NCBI GenBank assembly: GCA_017525245.1
Contig: JAFXTE010000025.1
Span: 57,116 to 121,115, forward strand
Source of the DNA: Bacteroidales bacterium
GTDB taxonomy: Bacteria; Bacteroidota; Bacteroidia; Bacteroidales; WCHB1-69
Length of the DNA: 64,000 nucleotides
Direction of reading: 5' to 3'
Shown here in pieces: positions 54,772 through 63,363 of this stretch; within the stretch, counting starts at the first letter, position 1; each line of letters opens with the position of its first letter. The notes beneath the pieces were generated by a model that saw only the letters and a program-made list of their open reading frames with translations, did not search any database and had not been told where the DNA came from. A program made the translations under genes and the position numbers.

Positions 54772-56141
54772 GAGCGTTCACACAATTCATCCAGGGACTT
54801 TTCAACGAAAACCAGGCGCAATATCCTGACGGCGGGCAGGTGGCCATCCGCGACCTCCGTCGGAAAGCGATGGACCTTTTCTTGCAGAAAGAGCTGCCCG
54901 ACAAGCATTTGCAAGGCTGGCAACAGTCGGTGCTGAACAAAAAAGTGAAAACCGACTACATCCAAAAACTGCAACCCGATCCGTACCGCCCGTTGGCGGA
55001 GTATTTCCAGTGCCGTGTTCAGGATTTGCATCCTACGGTACTGCCCGTCAGCAATGGTTGGTATATTTCTGAGAAGCAAGAAGTTACTGTTGACGAACAG
55101 GGTGTGATCACGGGCAGTTTGTTCGCAGCCATCCGTCAATATCCCGACTTGGTGCTGCCGTTGTTGGCACATGCCAACTTGGAGAAAGAGAACGGCTTGG
55201 TAGCCCTCAACGAAGCCCTCTTCAACGACGGTGCATTCATCTATATTCCTGACAATGTGAAGGTTGAGAAACCGATGCAGATTGTCTCGCTGATGAACAC
55301 CACTGATCCGTTGTTAGTCAACAACCGTCACCTCATCGTGATGGGAAAAAACACCGAACTCTCTGTCATCCAATGCGATGACTCCATCCAAAAGGAATCC
55401 TCCTTCTCGAATATCGTTTCGGAGATTTACCTGGGCGAGAACGCGCATCTGCATTACTACAAAACCGAGAACAAGGATGCCGCTTCCATGCTGCTGAACC
55501 ACGTGTTCGTACATCAGCAGAGCTATTCAACCTTCACCTCCACGGCCATCACATTCAACGCGGGCTACATCTGCAACACCTTCCACGTCAATCTCAATGA
55601 ACCGATGGCGGAAGCCAAGCTGTATGGCTTGTATCTCGTTGACAAAGAGCAGGTTTGCGACAACCACATCTTCATCAACCATGCCGCGCCCGACTGCAAG
55701 AGCTACCAGCTCTACAAAGGCATTATGGACGATGAGGCATCGGCGAACTTCCACGGACACATCCTCGTGGCGCAAGATTCGCAGCGCACGGCGGCCTTCC
55801 AGACCAACAAGAACCTGCTGCTGACCGACAAGGCGCATGTCACCACGAAGCCGTTCTTGGAAATCTACGCCGACGATGTGCAGTGCAGTCACGGCGCGAC
55901 GGTGGGACAGTTGGACGAGGAGGCGCTCTACTATCTTCGCACCCGCGGCATCGGCGAAGCGGCGGCCAACCGTCTGCTCATGTTCGCCTTCGCCAACGAA
56001 ATCGTGCAAAACGTGACCATCGAAGCCCTCCGCGACCGTCTCAGCAACATGGTGCAGCACCGTCTCCACGGAGAATTGAACGTCTGCGCGCAATGTATGC
56101 TGAACAACAACATTGTGTTCCCGATAACGATGGAGGAATAA
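54768..56141 (+). CDS. sufD: Fe-S cluster assembly protein SufD
   Basis: ATGA overlap with sufC. C-terminal beta-helix block is TKPFLEIYADDVQCSHGATVGQLDEEALYYLRTRGI. Confidence 0.85.
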   Translation: MRAFTQFIQGLFNENQAQYPDGGQVAIRDLRRKAMDLFLQKELPDKHLQGWQQSVLNKKVKTDYIQKLQPDPYRPLAEYFQCRVQDLHPTVLPVSNGWYISEKQEVTVDEQGVITGSLFAAIRQYPDLVLPLLAHANLEKENGLVALNEALFNDGAFIYIPDNVKVEKPMQIVSLMNTTDPLLVNNRHLIVMGKNTELSVIQCDDSIQKESSFSNIVSEIYLGENAHLHYYKTENKDAASMLLNHVFVHQQSYSTFTSTAITFNAGYICNTFHVNLNEPMAEAKLYGLYLVDKEQVCDNHIFINHAAPDCKSYQLYKGIMDDEASANFHGHILVAQDSQRTAAFQTNKNLLLTDKAHVTTKPFLEIYADDVQCSHGATVGQLDEEALYYLRTRGIGEAAANRLLMFAFANEIVQNVTIEALRDRLSNMVQHRLHGELNVCAQCMLNNNIVFPITMEE

Positions 56142-56157
56142 TTCGGCATCGACCGTT

Positions 56158-56185
56158 GTAGAGACGCAAAATTTTGCGTCTCTAC
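56158..56185. repeat. perfect 28-nt palindrome GTAGAGACGCAAAATTTTGCGTCTCTAC
   Basis: It has the same 9-nt arms as the other palindromes but a different centre. A half-copy lies at 57781-57800. Confidence 0.8.
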
Positions 56186-56209
56186 CTTTAGCAAATAATT
56201 GAAAATTTG

Positions 56210-56217
56210 TATTTTTG
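56210..56217 (+). promoter_or_regulatory. -7 box TAttTTTG for the LRR protein gene
   Basis: The box lies 36 nt upstream of ATG 56254. Confidence 0.4.
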
Positions 56218-56253
56218 CCAAATTATTTTTTCCGTATTCCTAAAATCAAAATT

Positions 56254-57771
56254 ATGAAGAAAAATAATATTTTCGGGGTTGTAGGAATTCTGATGTCGTT
56301 TTTGTTCTCTCTGTTCATCGGCAGCGTAAGTGCCCAGAACCCATACCCTGATTACGACTTCAAGGCTGCCAATGCTGACGGGGACACGCTATATTACCGC
56401 ATCACATCCTCCATAGCACCCTACACCGTTGCTGTGACCCGTTGCCACGACTCTGTCTATCACAAGCTGCCGTGGCCACAGAGTTCCTCTCAAGTGGGAC
56501 AGCCGGGGTTTGTCTATCCTGTGTATGATTATGATTCCGCTATTACCGTGCCTGCCTCCGTCAACTATAACAATATAGAATACGTTGTCACGGCTGTGGA
56601 CAACGAGGCTTTCTATATGCAAGCCAATTTGAAATCGGTGTCACTTCCCTCTTCGGTAAAGACAATACGAGAAGGTGCATTTCTGGTGTCTTCTCTTTGT
56701 CATATCAGTATGCCTGGCGTTGAGCAAATTGAAAGTTATGCGTTCTATCAGACAAAACTGTCTCATGTTGAAATCCCTGCCAGTGTGTCTGTTTTGCCCC
56801 AATGTGCTTTCTATTATTCCCCGCTGACCAAAATAATCTTCCATGAAGGACTGCGGGAGATACAGGAGGCAGCCTTTTCAGCCGATTTGATAGATTCACT
56901 GGTTTTTCCTAGTACCCTGCGGAAAATTTCATTGGGTGACAACAATCCGTTTTCAGGAGAATCTTTCGAGTTGAAGGACATTGCATGTCGTTATGTGGAG
57001 TTTAAATCAGGAACAGAGCCCCTGGAATTGGCTGATTACACTTTCGCTTATTTCAACCATTTGGAAAATGTTGTTCTGTCAAATAATATAGTTCGGCTTG
57101 GGAGACACAGTTTTGAGTTCACAAATATCCAATCAGTAATCATTCCCCCTCAGATTGACACCATTCCCGAAGGATGCTTCTCCGATTGCCACTCTTTGAG
57201 CAGTGTCGTCTTACCGCAACTGCTGACCACAATTGAGCGTTTTGCTTTTGCAGGAACACCTATGCTAAGGCAAATCTCCATTCCCGCTTCTGTGAACTTT
57301 ATCGGCAAACGGGCTTTCTGGACAGTTTCAGATAGTGGGCTCAAAGTATTGGACATCTACTGTGAGATGCCACCCACCATCACCGCCTTTTCGACTAATG
57401 GAACATTCTACTACACAGATACGATTTACGTTCGAGTACCATGCGGAAAAACATCCGTGTATCAGTCTGCACCTGGTTGGAGCAGCTACAGTAATTTCAT
57501 CTATGAGGAATGTGTCGGACTGGAAGATCATAAAACTGCAACATTGACGGTTTATCCCAATCCCGTTGATGATGTCTTGTATGTGAAGAATGATGGTGAT
57601 TTGAAAATTGTAAATATCACGCTGTACGATTTGCAAGGTCGAATAATATATTCGCAAAATTCATTCAATTCGATGACATTGAATGTAAAACACATCCCCG
57701 CTGGCATGTACATGTTGCGCGTGACGGACATGGGAAAACACGAATACTGGAAGAAAATTGTTAAACGCTAA
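56254..57771 (+). CDS. BspA-type leucine-rich-repeat surface protein with T9SS C-terminal sorting domain
   Basis: Signal peptide from ATG 56254 and repeated approximately 23-aa LRR units (IP.SV..I...AF..C..L). The CTD is LTVYPNPVDDVLYV...GMYMLRV. Confidence 0.8.
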   Translation: MKKNNIFGVVGILMSFLFSLFIGSVSAQNPYPDYDFKAANADGDTLYYRITSSIAPYTVAVTRCHDSVYHKLPWPQSSSQVGQPGFVYPVYDYDSAITVPASVNYNNIEYVVTAVDNEAFYMQANLKSVSLPSSVKTIREGAFLVSSLCHISMPGVEQIESYAFYQTKLSHVEIPASVSVLPQCAFYYSPLTKIIFHEGLREIQEAAFSADLIDSLVFPSTLRKISLGDNNPFSGESFELKDIACRYVEFKSGTEPLELADYTFAYFNHLENVVLSNNIVRLGRHSFEFTNIQSVIIPPQIDTIPEGCFSDCHSLSSVVLPQLLTTIERFAFAGTPMLRQISIPASVNFIGKRAFWTVSDSGLKVLDIYCEMPPTITAFSTNGTFYYTDTIYVRVPCGKTSVYQSAPGWSSYSNFIYEECVGLEDHKTATLTVYPNPVDDVLYVKNDGDLKIVNITLYDLQGRIIYSQNSFNSMTLNVKHIPAGMYMLRVTDMGKHEYWKKIVKR

Positions 57772-57807
57772 CTATAAAACGTAAAATTTTGCGTCTCTAC
57801 ACTGTTC

Positions 57808-57828
57808 CCTATTGCCTATTGCCTTAAA
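57808..57828. repeat. three heptamers CCTATTG (reverse complement of the GGCAATA family)
   Basis: Units are cctattg cctattg ccttaaa, immediately before the rlmH ATG. Confidence 0.6.
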
Positions 57829-57830
57829 TA

Positions 57831-58301
57831 ATGAAAATCAAATTAATATGGATTGGCAAACCCGATGGTGACGTTTTTGATGACGCCATCCGGCAATACA
57901 CGGCCAAAATCTCTACTTACATCTCATACGAGATGGTGGCGATTCCGTATTTGAAGAATGCCAAGTCCATGTCGATGGAGGAGCAGAAGAAGCGCGAGGG
58001 TGAACTGATTCTCAAGAAGGTAGAGTCGGACGAATATGTGGTGCTGTGGGACGAGCGCGGCAAGGAGAAAACCTCCGTGCAGTTCGCGGAGTTCATCCAG
58101 CAGCGTGCCAACTCGGGGTTGAAGACGCTCACGTTTGTCATCGGTGGCGCGTACGGTTTCTCCGAAGCCGTCTATGCCCGCCAGAACGCGCAGTTAGCCC
58201 TCTCGAAGCTCACCTTCCCGCATATCATGGTGCGCCTGATCTTCGCCGAGCAGCTCTACCGGGCGTGTACGATTCTGAAGGGGGAACCGTACCATCATTA
58301 A
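57831..58301 (+). CDS. rlmH: 23S rRNA (pseudouridine1915-N3)-methyltransferase
   Basis: SPOUT-fold pattern: IGK......., LDERGK..TS..FA, FVIGGAYGFS, LSLSKLTFPH. Confidence 0.9.
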   Translation: MKIKLIWIGKPDGDVFDDAIRQYTAKISTYISYEMVAIPYLKNAKSMSMEEQKKREGELILKKVESDEYVVLWDERGKEKTSVQFAEFIQQRANSGLKTLTFVIGGAYGFSEAVYARQNAQLALSKLTFPHIMVRLIFAEQLYRACTILKGEPYHH

Positions 58302-58329
58302 TGGTTATGGGTTATTGGTTATAGGTTAT
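58302..58329. repeat. four heptamers NGGTTAT starting directly after the rlmH stop
   Basis: Units are tggttat gggttat tggttat aggttat. Confidence 0.75.
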
Positions 58330-58622
58330 TGAAGCTGGGGTGGTCGAAAAATTATTTGGCCAATCATAAAATAATGAGCAACAATGGTCGAAGCAGATAA
58401 GCATAAAATGCGAAACAAAGAAAAGCTGAAGCAATTGATTGAATCCAAAGGAAAATAAAAGCCGAATGGGGAATATATAGTTAGCTGAGACCACCTAAAA
58501 GGGAAATGGGCAAAGCTTCGCATATCTATTTCCTCGTGATCCCCGTGATCCCCGCGATCCGCGGAGATGATTCCCCACAACCTGAAACGAAAAAATTTTC
58601 CCCTTCGAGTGTTACCTTTTGC

Positions 58623-58630
58623 TATTTTTG
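58623..58630 (+). promoter_or_regulatory. -7 box TAttTTTG for the ECF sigma gene
   Basis: The box lies 24 nt upstream of ATG 58655. Confidence 0.4.
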
Positions 58631-58654
58631 CGTCATCATCATGAACAAGGAAAA

Positions 58655-59695
58655 ATGGAGAACGCGGCATTTTGGGAAAAGATGTATGCGGCCAACATCG
58701 GACGGATGATCGGCGCTTGCCACCGCTATGTCAATGACTTGGCGTTGGCGGAGGATCTGGCGCACGAGGCGTTCCTCAAGGCGATGGAACGCTCCGACAC
58801 TTACCGCGCCACCGGCCGCTTCGAGGCATGGCTGATGCGCATCACCGTGAACCACGCCATCCAGCACCTGCGACAAAGCATGAATACCGTGCCGTTTGTG
58901 GAGGAGGAGACACCGGATGTCGTCCCCGAGGAGACATCCATTTGGGAGACAGACTTCACGCAAGAGGAACTGCTCGAAGCGGTGCAACAGCTGCCGGTTC
59001 CGCAACGCACCGTCTTCAACCTCTATGCCATTGACAACCAGTCACATGCCCACATTGCTGACTTGCTGAACATCTCCATCGCCAGCTCCAAGGAGACGCT
59101 CTACCGCGCCCGCAAACGGCTGCGGCATCTGCTCACCCAAATGGCCCAAGAGAAAGAAAAACGCAAAAAGGGAGTTTTTGTCATGATACTACTATTCTTA
59201 TTACAGCATTCCGAGGCCGCCCGCACCGACCGGATGTTCCGGAACAAACTCGCCTCGCTGACCTACGCACCTTCGAAGCCGCTCACTACCACACAGATAC
59301 GGCAGGCAGCGGCGGAGGCACCGTCCAGTGCGGGCGTGTTTGTGGCAACGCACCGTGCGGCCTTGACCACCGCTGCCATCGCAGGGGTCGCCGGCGGCGT
59401 TTGCGCGTGGCAGATTGCTCGTACTTCGCTGGATAACAATCCGTTGCAAGAGCCTGTCGCACCCGCTGAATCGCCAGTAAGCCTTCCTGCCGACACTATT
59501 TCCAAGAACGGTTTGCAAGCAGAGCCCGGCTTAACAACCAAACCTTCTGAAGCGATTGCGCCAGTGAAACAACAAGAGTCGGCAACCAAACCCCAAATCA
59601 TCGTTGTCACCAAGGAAATTGTGGTGAACGACACGGTGGTGGTCCGTGACACCGCAATAGTGAAAGACACGGTCTATTTAATGCAAAAGCCATGA
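58655..59695 (+). CDS. ECF-type sigma-70 factor fused in frame to a membrane-spanning anti-sigma-like extension
   Basis: Region 2 (DLAHEAFLKAM, FEAWLMRITVNHAI) and region 4 (LPVPQRTVFNLYAIDNQSHAHIADLLNISIASSKETLYRARKRL). There is then no stop codon. It continues through hydrophobic VFVMILLFLL and ALTTAAIAGVAGGVCAWQIA, a Pro-rich linker, and the tail IVVNDTVVVRDTAIVKDTVYL. Confidence 0.7.
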   Translation: MENAAFWEKMYAANIGRMIGACHRYVNDLALAEDLAHEAFLKAMERSDTYRATGRFEAWLMRITVNHAIQHLRQSMNTVPFVEEETPDVVPEETSIWETDFTQEELLEAVQQLPVPQRTVFNLYAIDNQSHAHIADLLNISIASSKETLYRARKRLRHLLTQMAQEKEKRKKGVFVMILLFLLQHSEAARTDRMFRNKLASLTYAPSKPLTTTQIRQAAAEAPSSAGVFVATHRAALTTAAIAGVAGGVCAWQIARTSLDNNPLQEPVAPAESPVSLPADTISKNGLQAEPGLTTKPSEAIAPVKQQESATKPQIIVVTKEIVVNDTVVVRDTAIVKDTVYLMQKP

Positions 59696-61386
59696 AAGGG
59701 AAGAAAGTTATTGCGTTTATCATCTTAGTATTCAGTACTATAGGATGCCTATCTGCACAAAGCACAGACACCATGTATGTGGTGAAGCGGCACGTGGTGC
59801 GCGACACCGTCTATGTGCGCGACACGGTGCGCGTGCAGGACACCGTCATCATCGCCGATTACATCCACAGCGAGGAATTCAAGCAGCTGTTTTACGAGTT
59901 GAGCGGTGCTGACGGGCAGACGCCGTCCGATTCGTTGGAGAAATTGTGGGCGCAGACCGTTACCTTTTTGGAAAATCGCGTCATACAGTATGAACAGCAA
60001 ATCGTTTCTACTATGGACAGCATCAAAAAATACGGATTGGCGGGGCTCATGCTTTTAGGCTTGAACTCCCTTGCTCCCGCGCAGACGGAGACAACGAAGC
60101 CTGTGGGCGAATCTCATCAAATCGAGACCAAATCTGCTCTTCACGACGACTCATTCAACGGTTTCCATTTCGGGTACACACTGGAGGCGGATGTGGCACA
60201 TCCTTTAACAATGACCAATGCGGTTACAGGGGTGAAGAGCACCCATTCTTTCATCCGCTACGGCGGACGATTTGGCCTGGAATGTTCATATCATTTCGCA
60301 GACCTCTTGGGCGTGTCTGCAGCCTTGGATTTCGGTTATATAGCACCGAATGATCATTATGCTAATATTACGAGATACTATGGACTCTCAATGCCGCTGA
60401 AGTTCGAGTTCCACTATCCTGTTTCGGACAAACTATGGTTAACGGCGAATGCCGGAGTCCAATTGCGAATGCCCTTTGAAACTTTTTCACATGGTTTTAA
60501 TCGGGATAGCGGAGAACCATTATTAGATAACAATATTGCTGGGAATCCTGCATATTATGAAGGCTACTATAATAGATACGTTTTTTACGCAGATATAATG
60601 GCTGATGTCGGATTGTATTTCCAATTACCTAATCAGGATTACCTTCGATTTTTGTTAGGGCTGAATATCGCAACCACAGATTTTGCAAGAGGCAGTGTAA
60701 GAATGTACTCAAGCGAGGGATATGACGATTTATATTTCTCCCAACGAAATCACTACCTTTACGGTCAAATTGCCTACGTGCACAGTTTTAGCAAGCAGCG
60801 GGCTGTCAAGCAGGCACAACCGCACTGGAACGATGACAAGTCATTGTGTCGCCACGAGTTCCGGTTAGGGGTGAGCGATCCCTTGGGCTTTACCTATCTG
60901 AGGGAATTGTTTGCTTCTCCTATTTTGGGAGAACCGATAGACGGTGTCTCACCCACAAAACAAATATTCACTCCCGTACTCTCCTTGGACTATCATTACC
61001 GCGCCTCAAAATGGTTTTGGTTAGGTCTTACCGCTGGTTATAATTTATATAAAGAGAACGGCTATGGTGAACCAGAGAATCTTACGTGGCAGTATAAAGA
61101 GCATCATTTCCTGATAATGCCCTCTTTGCGGTTCTCCTATCTTAACCGTCCACATCTGACCCTTTACTCTGGGCTTGCCGTGGGTTTGTATATCAAACAT
61201 GGACGAGAATACAGAGATGATGATTTTCTCATCGAACCGATAACTATCGACCATAACAGAGTGTTCTCCGCGTTCCAGCTGACCGCCTTCGGGGTGAAAG
61301 CCGGCGCAAAACACTGGTTCGGCAGCTTCGAGTTGGGAGCCGGCATCAAGGGGTTTGTCAATTTGGGGGTAGGGTACGAGTTCTGA
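59692..61386 (+). CDS. hypothetical exported protein with C-terminal outer-membrane beta-barrel-like region (possible fusion; alternative start 60013)
   Basis: ATGA overlap with the sigma gene. The N-terminal signal is IILVFSTIGCLSAQ, and a second signal-like segment MDSIKKYGLAGLMLLGLNSLAPAQ starts at aa 108. The C-terminal end reads ...VNLGVGYEF. Confidence 0.5.
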   Translation: MKGKKVIAFIILVFSTIGCLSAQSTDTMYVVKRHVVRDTVYVRDTVRVQDTVIIADYIHSEEFKQLFYELSGADGQTPSDSLEKLWAQTVTFLENRVIQYEQQIVSTMDSIKKYGLAGLMLLGLNSLAPAQTETTKPVGESHQIETKSALHDDSFNGFHFGYTLEADVAHPLTMTNAVTGVKSTHSFIRYGGRFGLECSYHFADLLGVSAALDFGYIAPNDHYANITRYYGLSMPLKFEFHYPVSDKLWLTANAGVQLRMPFETFSHGFNRDSGEPLLDNNIAGNPAYYEGYYNRYVFYADIMADVGLYFQLPNQDYLRFLLGLNIATTDFARGSVRMYSSEGYDDLYFSQRNHYLYGQIAYVHSFSKQRAVKQAQPHWNDDKSLCRHEFRLGVSDPLGFTYLRELFASPILGEPIDGVSPTKQIFTPVLSLDYHYRASKWFWLGLTAGYNLYKENGYGEPENLTWQYKEHHFLIMPSLRFSYLNRPHLTLYSGLAVGLYIKHGREYRDDDFLIEPITIDHNRVFSAFQLTAFGVKAGAKHWFGSFELGAGIKGFVNLGVGYEF

Positions 61387-61453
61387 TGTTTTCAACTTAC
61401 AATATTCCCAAGCCAGCACGCGTTACATCCTCCTGAATTACAAAAATTATCCG

Positions 61454-62017
61454 ATGAAAAAGTTCCTACTGTATCTTCTTATTACCGTGACGTTCCAGTC
61501 TTGTGCCATCGTTCATACGCCAGGGTTCAATAGCGGTTATAAACGTCTAACCGCTGAGGAACAGCATAAAATCTGCTTTGTGAGTTCAGTCGATGAAATT
61601 CCTGACCACAATGATGGAAGAATCATGGCCATTACCGCCGACCAACTGTCAGTTTTGTTGAAGAAGCATGAAAACACGTTACTTTACCTGTGGTCGCCAC
61701 ATTGTTCGAGCAGCGTTTGCATTCCTTTAAGTACCATCCAGGATGATTGTGACAAAGCAAATCTTCAGCTTTACGTTTTAACCGAGTATTACACTGACGC
61801 ATTCCTGCAGAATGAACACTTGTCCAATCCCATGTTGAGTATCAACGAGTTCTATTATAAGACAAGTTACTGCAATTCCTATATGAAGCGGTTTCTGTCG
61901 GAACTTATCCCGGACAACCAAAAAGAAAGTGTTTCCCACCATCGTTTCCTCTTATTCTCAAAAGGAAGATTTGTGAAATCGTATGAAAAAATGGAAAAAG
62001 CCTCTTCGTCCCTATAA
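61454..62017 (+). CDS. hypothetical lipoprotein (possibly thioredoxin-like fold)
   Basis: Lipobox TFQSC and the LYLWSPHCSSSVC segment. No firm family assignment. Confidence 0.45.
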   Translation: MKKFLLYLLITVTFQSCAIVHTPGFNSGYKRLTAEEQHKICFVSSVDEIPDHNDGRIMAITADQLSVLLKKHENTLLYLWSPHCSSSVCIPLSTIQDDCDKANLQLYVLTEYYTDAFLQNEHLSNPMLSINEFYYKTSYCNSYMKRFLSELIPDNQKESVSHHRFLLFSKGRFVKSYEKMEKASSSL

Positions 62018-62139
62018 CAGCTGTATTGATGCTTTAGCCATCGGCGAAAAATTCCATTTCCCACAAATTTATTCTGCCAAAACATTCCATTCCCCACAAA
62101 TTTAACCTAAAACCATGGCGTATGCGATACGCCACTACA

Positions 62140-62167
62140 CTTGAATCTTGAAACCTGAAACCTGAAA
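62140..62167. repeat. four heptamers CYTGAAW just upstream of the amidohydrolase promoter
   Basis: Units are cttgaat cttgaaa cctgaaa cctgaaa. Confidence 0.75.
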
Positions 62168-62177
62168 CTATTTTTTG

Positions 62178-62185
62178 TACCTTTG
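62178..62185 (+). promoter_or_regulatory. -7 box TAccTTTG for the amidohydrolase gene
   Basis: The box lies 27 nt upstream of ATG 62213. Confidence 0.45.
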
Positions 62186-62212
62186 CATCCTTCAATTTTA
62201 GATTGTAACATT

Positions 62213-63334
62213 ATGGATTGCAAAGAGATACGTCACCAATTGCATCGCATGGCCGAACCCTCCAACGAAGAAGTTCGGACTTCCGCATACATCCGTCAAC
62301 GACTGGAGCAGCTCCAGCCAAGCAAAATCTTCACGTTTCCGAAAGGAAACCACCTGCTGGCGGAGTTCGATTTCGGGGGCGGCGGGAAGACCGTGCTCCT
62401 GCGAGCCGACATGGACGCGGTGCGGGTCAACGAGACACTGAATCTGCCGTACAGGTCTGAAACCGAGGGTGTTTCACACAAGTGCGGGCACGATGGGCAC
62501 AGCACGATCATGCTGCGCGTGGCGGAGATGCTGCACGAGAAACCGCTGCCGTCGGGAAAAGTGCTGCTGCTCTTCCAGGGCGCCGAAGAGACCGGCGAGG
62601 GCGCGAAACAGATTCTCGACAGCGGGATCCTGCAATCTTACAACATTGATTGCGCTTACGCCCTGCATAACATCCCTGCCGAACCTGCGGGAACAATTAT
62701 CTGCAAGACAGGCAGTTTCACCTGCTCTGTCATCAGCTGCGATATCGTGCTGACGGGCAAGACCGCGCACGCCGCCGAACCTTGGAATGCCGTTTCTCCA
62801 TTTGCGGCAGCACAGCGCATCACCGACTTCGTGCTCTCGCTGAACCAGCGGGATGTGCAACGCGATGACTTCTGCGTGGCCACACTCATCGAGTTCCGGG
62901 TCGGCAGCCAAGCCTACGGGGTGGCCGCCGGCGACGGCGTGCTTCGTTTCACCATCCGCACTCGCGAAGACACTCATCTTCAGCAGATTATCTCCGAAAT
63001 CGAAAGCAAATCGAAAGCCGAAGCAGCCTCCGAAAACCTGCAATGCGACATCCGTTGGTTGGAGTATTTCGCCGCTTCGAACAACGCGGAGAAGGAGGTC
63101 AACGCCATCAAGGAATGCGCTGACAATCTGAATCTTACCTATCAAGAAAAACCGATTCCTTTCTTCTGGGGCGAGGACTTCGGCCTCTTCACGCAGCATT
63201 ATCCGGGCGCTCTGTTCGGGTTGGGCTCCGGCACTGCGCAACCGCCTCTGCACCATCCTGATTTCGATTTCCCGGATGGAATTGTGGAAACCGGCGCGAA
63301 AATGTTCTATGAATTAGTCCGTAGGGGCGAATAA
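62213..63334 (+). CDS. M20-family amidohydrolase (N-acyl-amino-acid/hippurate hydrolase type)
   Basis: HKCGHDGH, FQGAEETGEGAK, HHPDFDF. Confidence 0.85.
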   Translation: MDCKEIRHQLHRMAEPSNEEVRTSAYIRQRLEQLQPSKIFTFPKGNHLLAEFDFGGGGKTVLLRADMDAVRVNETLNLPYRSETEGVSHKCGHDGHSTIMLRVAEMLHEKPLPSGKVLLLFQGAEETGEGAKQILDSGILQSYNIDCAYALHNIPAEPAGTIICKTGSFTCSVISCDIVLTGKTAHAAEPWNAVSPFAAAQRITDFVLSLNQRDVQRDDFCVATLIEFRVGSQAYGVAAGDGVLRFTIRTREDTHLQQIISEIESKSKAEAASENLQCDIRWLEYFAASNNAEKEVNAIKECADNLNLTYQEKPIPFFWGEDFGLFTQHYPGALFGLGSGTAQPPLHHPDFDFPDGIVETGAKMFYELVRRGE

Positions 63335-63348
63335 TTATTCGCCCCTAC
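63321..63348. terminator. 28-nt perfect palindrome overlapping the amidohydrolase stop codon
   Basis: GTAGGGGCGAATAATTATTCGCCCCTAC, followed by T-rich sequence. TAA lies at 63332-63334. Confidence 0.5.
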
Positions 63349-63363
63349 ATTCCCTTCCTTTTT

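Noticed and set aside
58408-58458. A 16-codon mini-ORF (MRNKEKLKQLIESKGK) in the long gap upstream of the sigma gene.
   Set aside because: It is too short, has no promoter box or conservation evidence, and cannot be supported from sequence alone.
62474-63256. A 260-aa minus-strand ORF. Similar antisense ORFs lie at 49191-49976, 54073-54660, 55527-56093, 30945-31631, 5844-6485, 13502-14404 and 47970-48548.
   Set aside because: All lie inside and opposite confidently identified genes (M20 amidohydrolase, purA, sufC, sufD, glnA, ClC, GT4, rpsP) and show shadow-frame composition.
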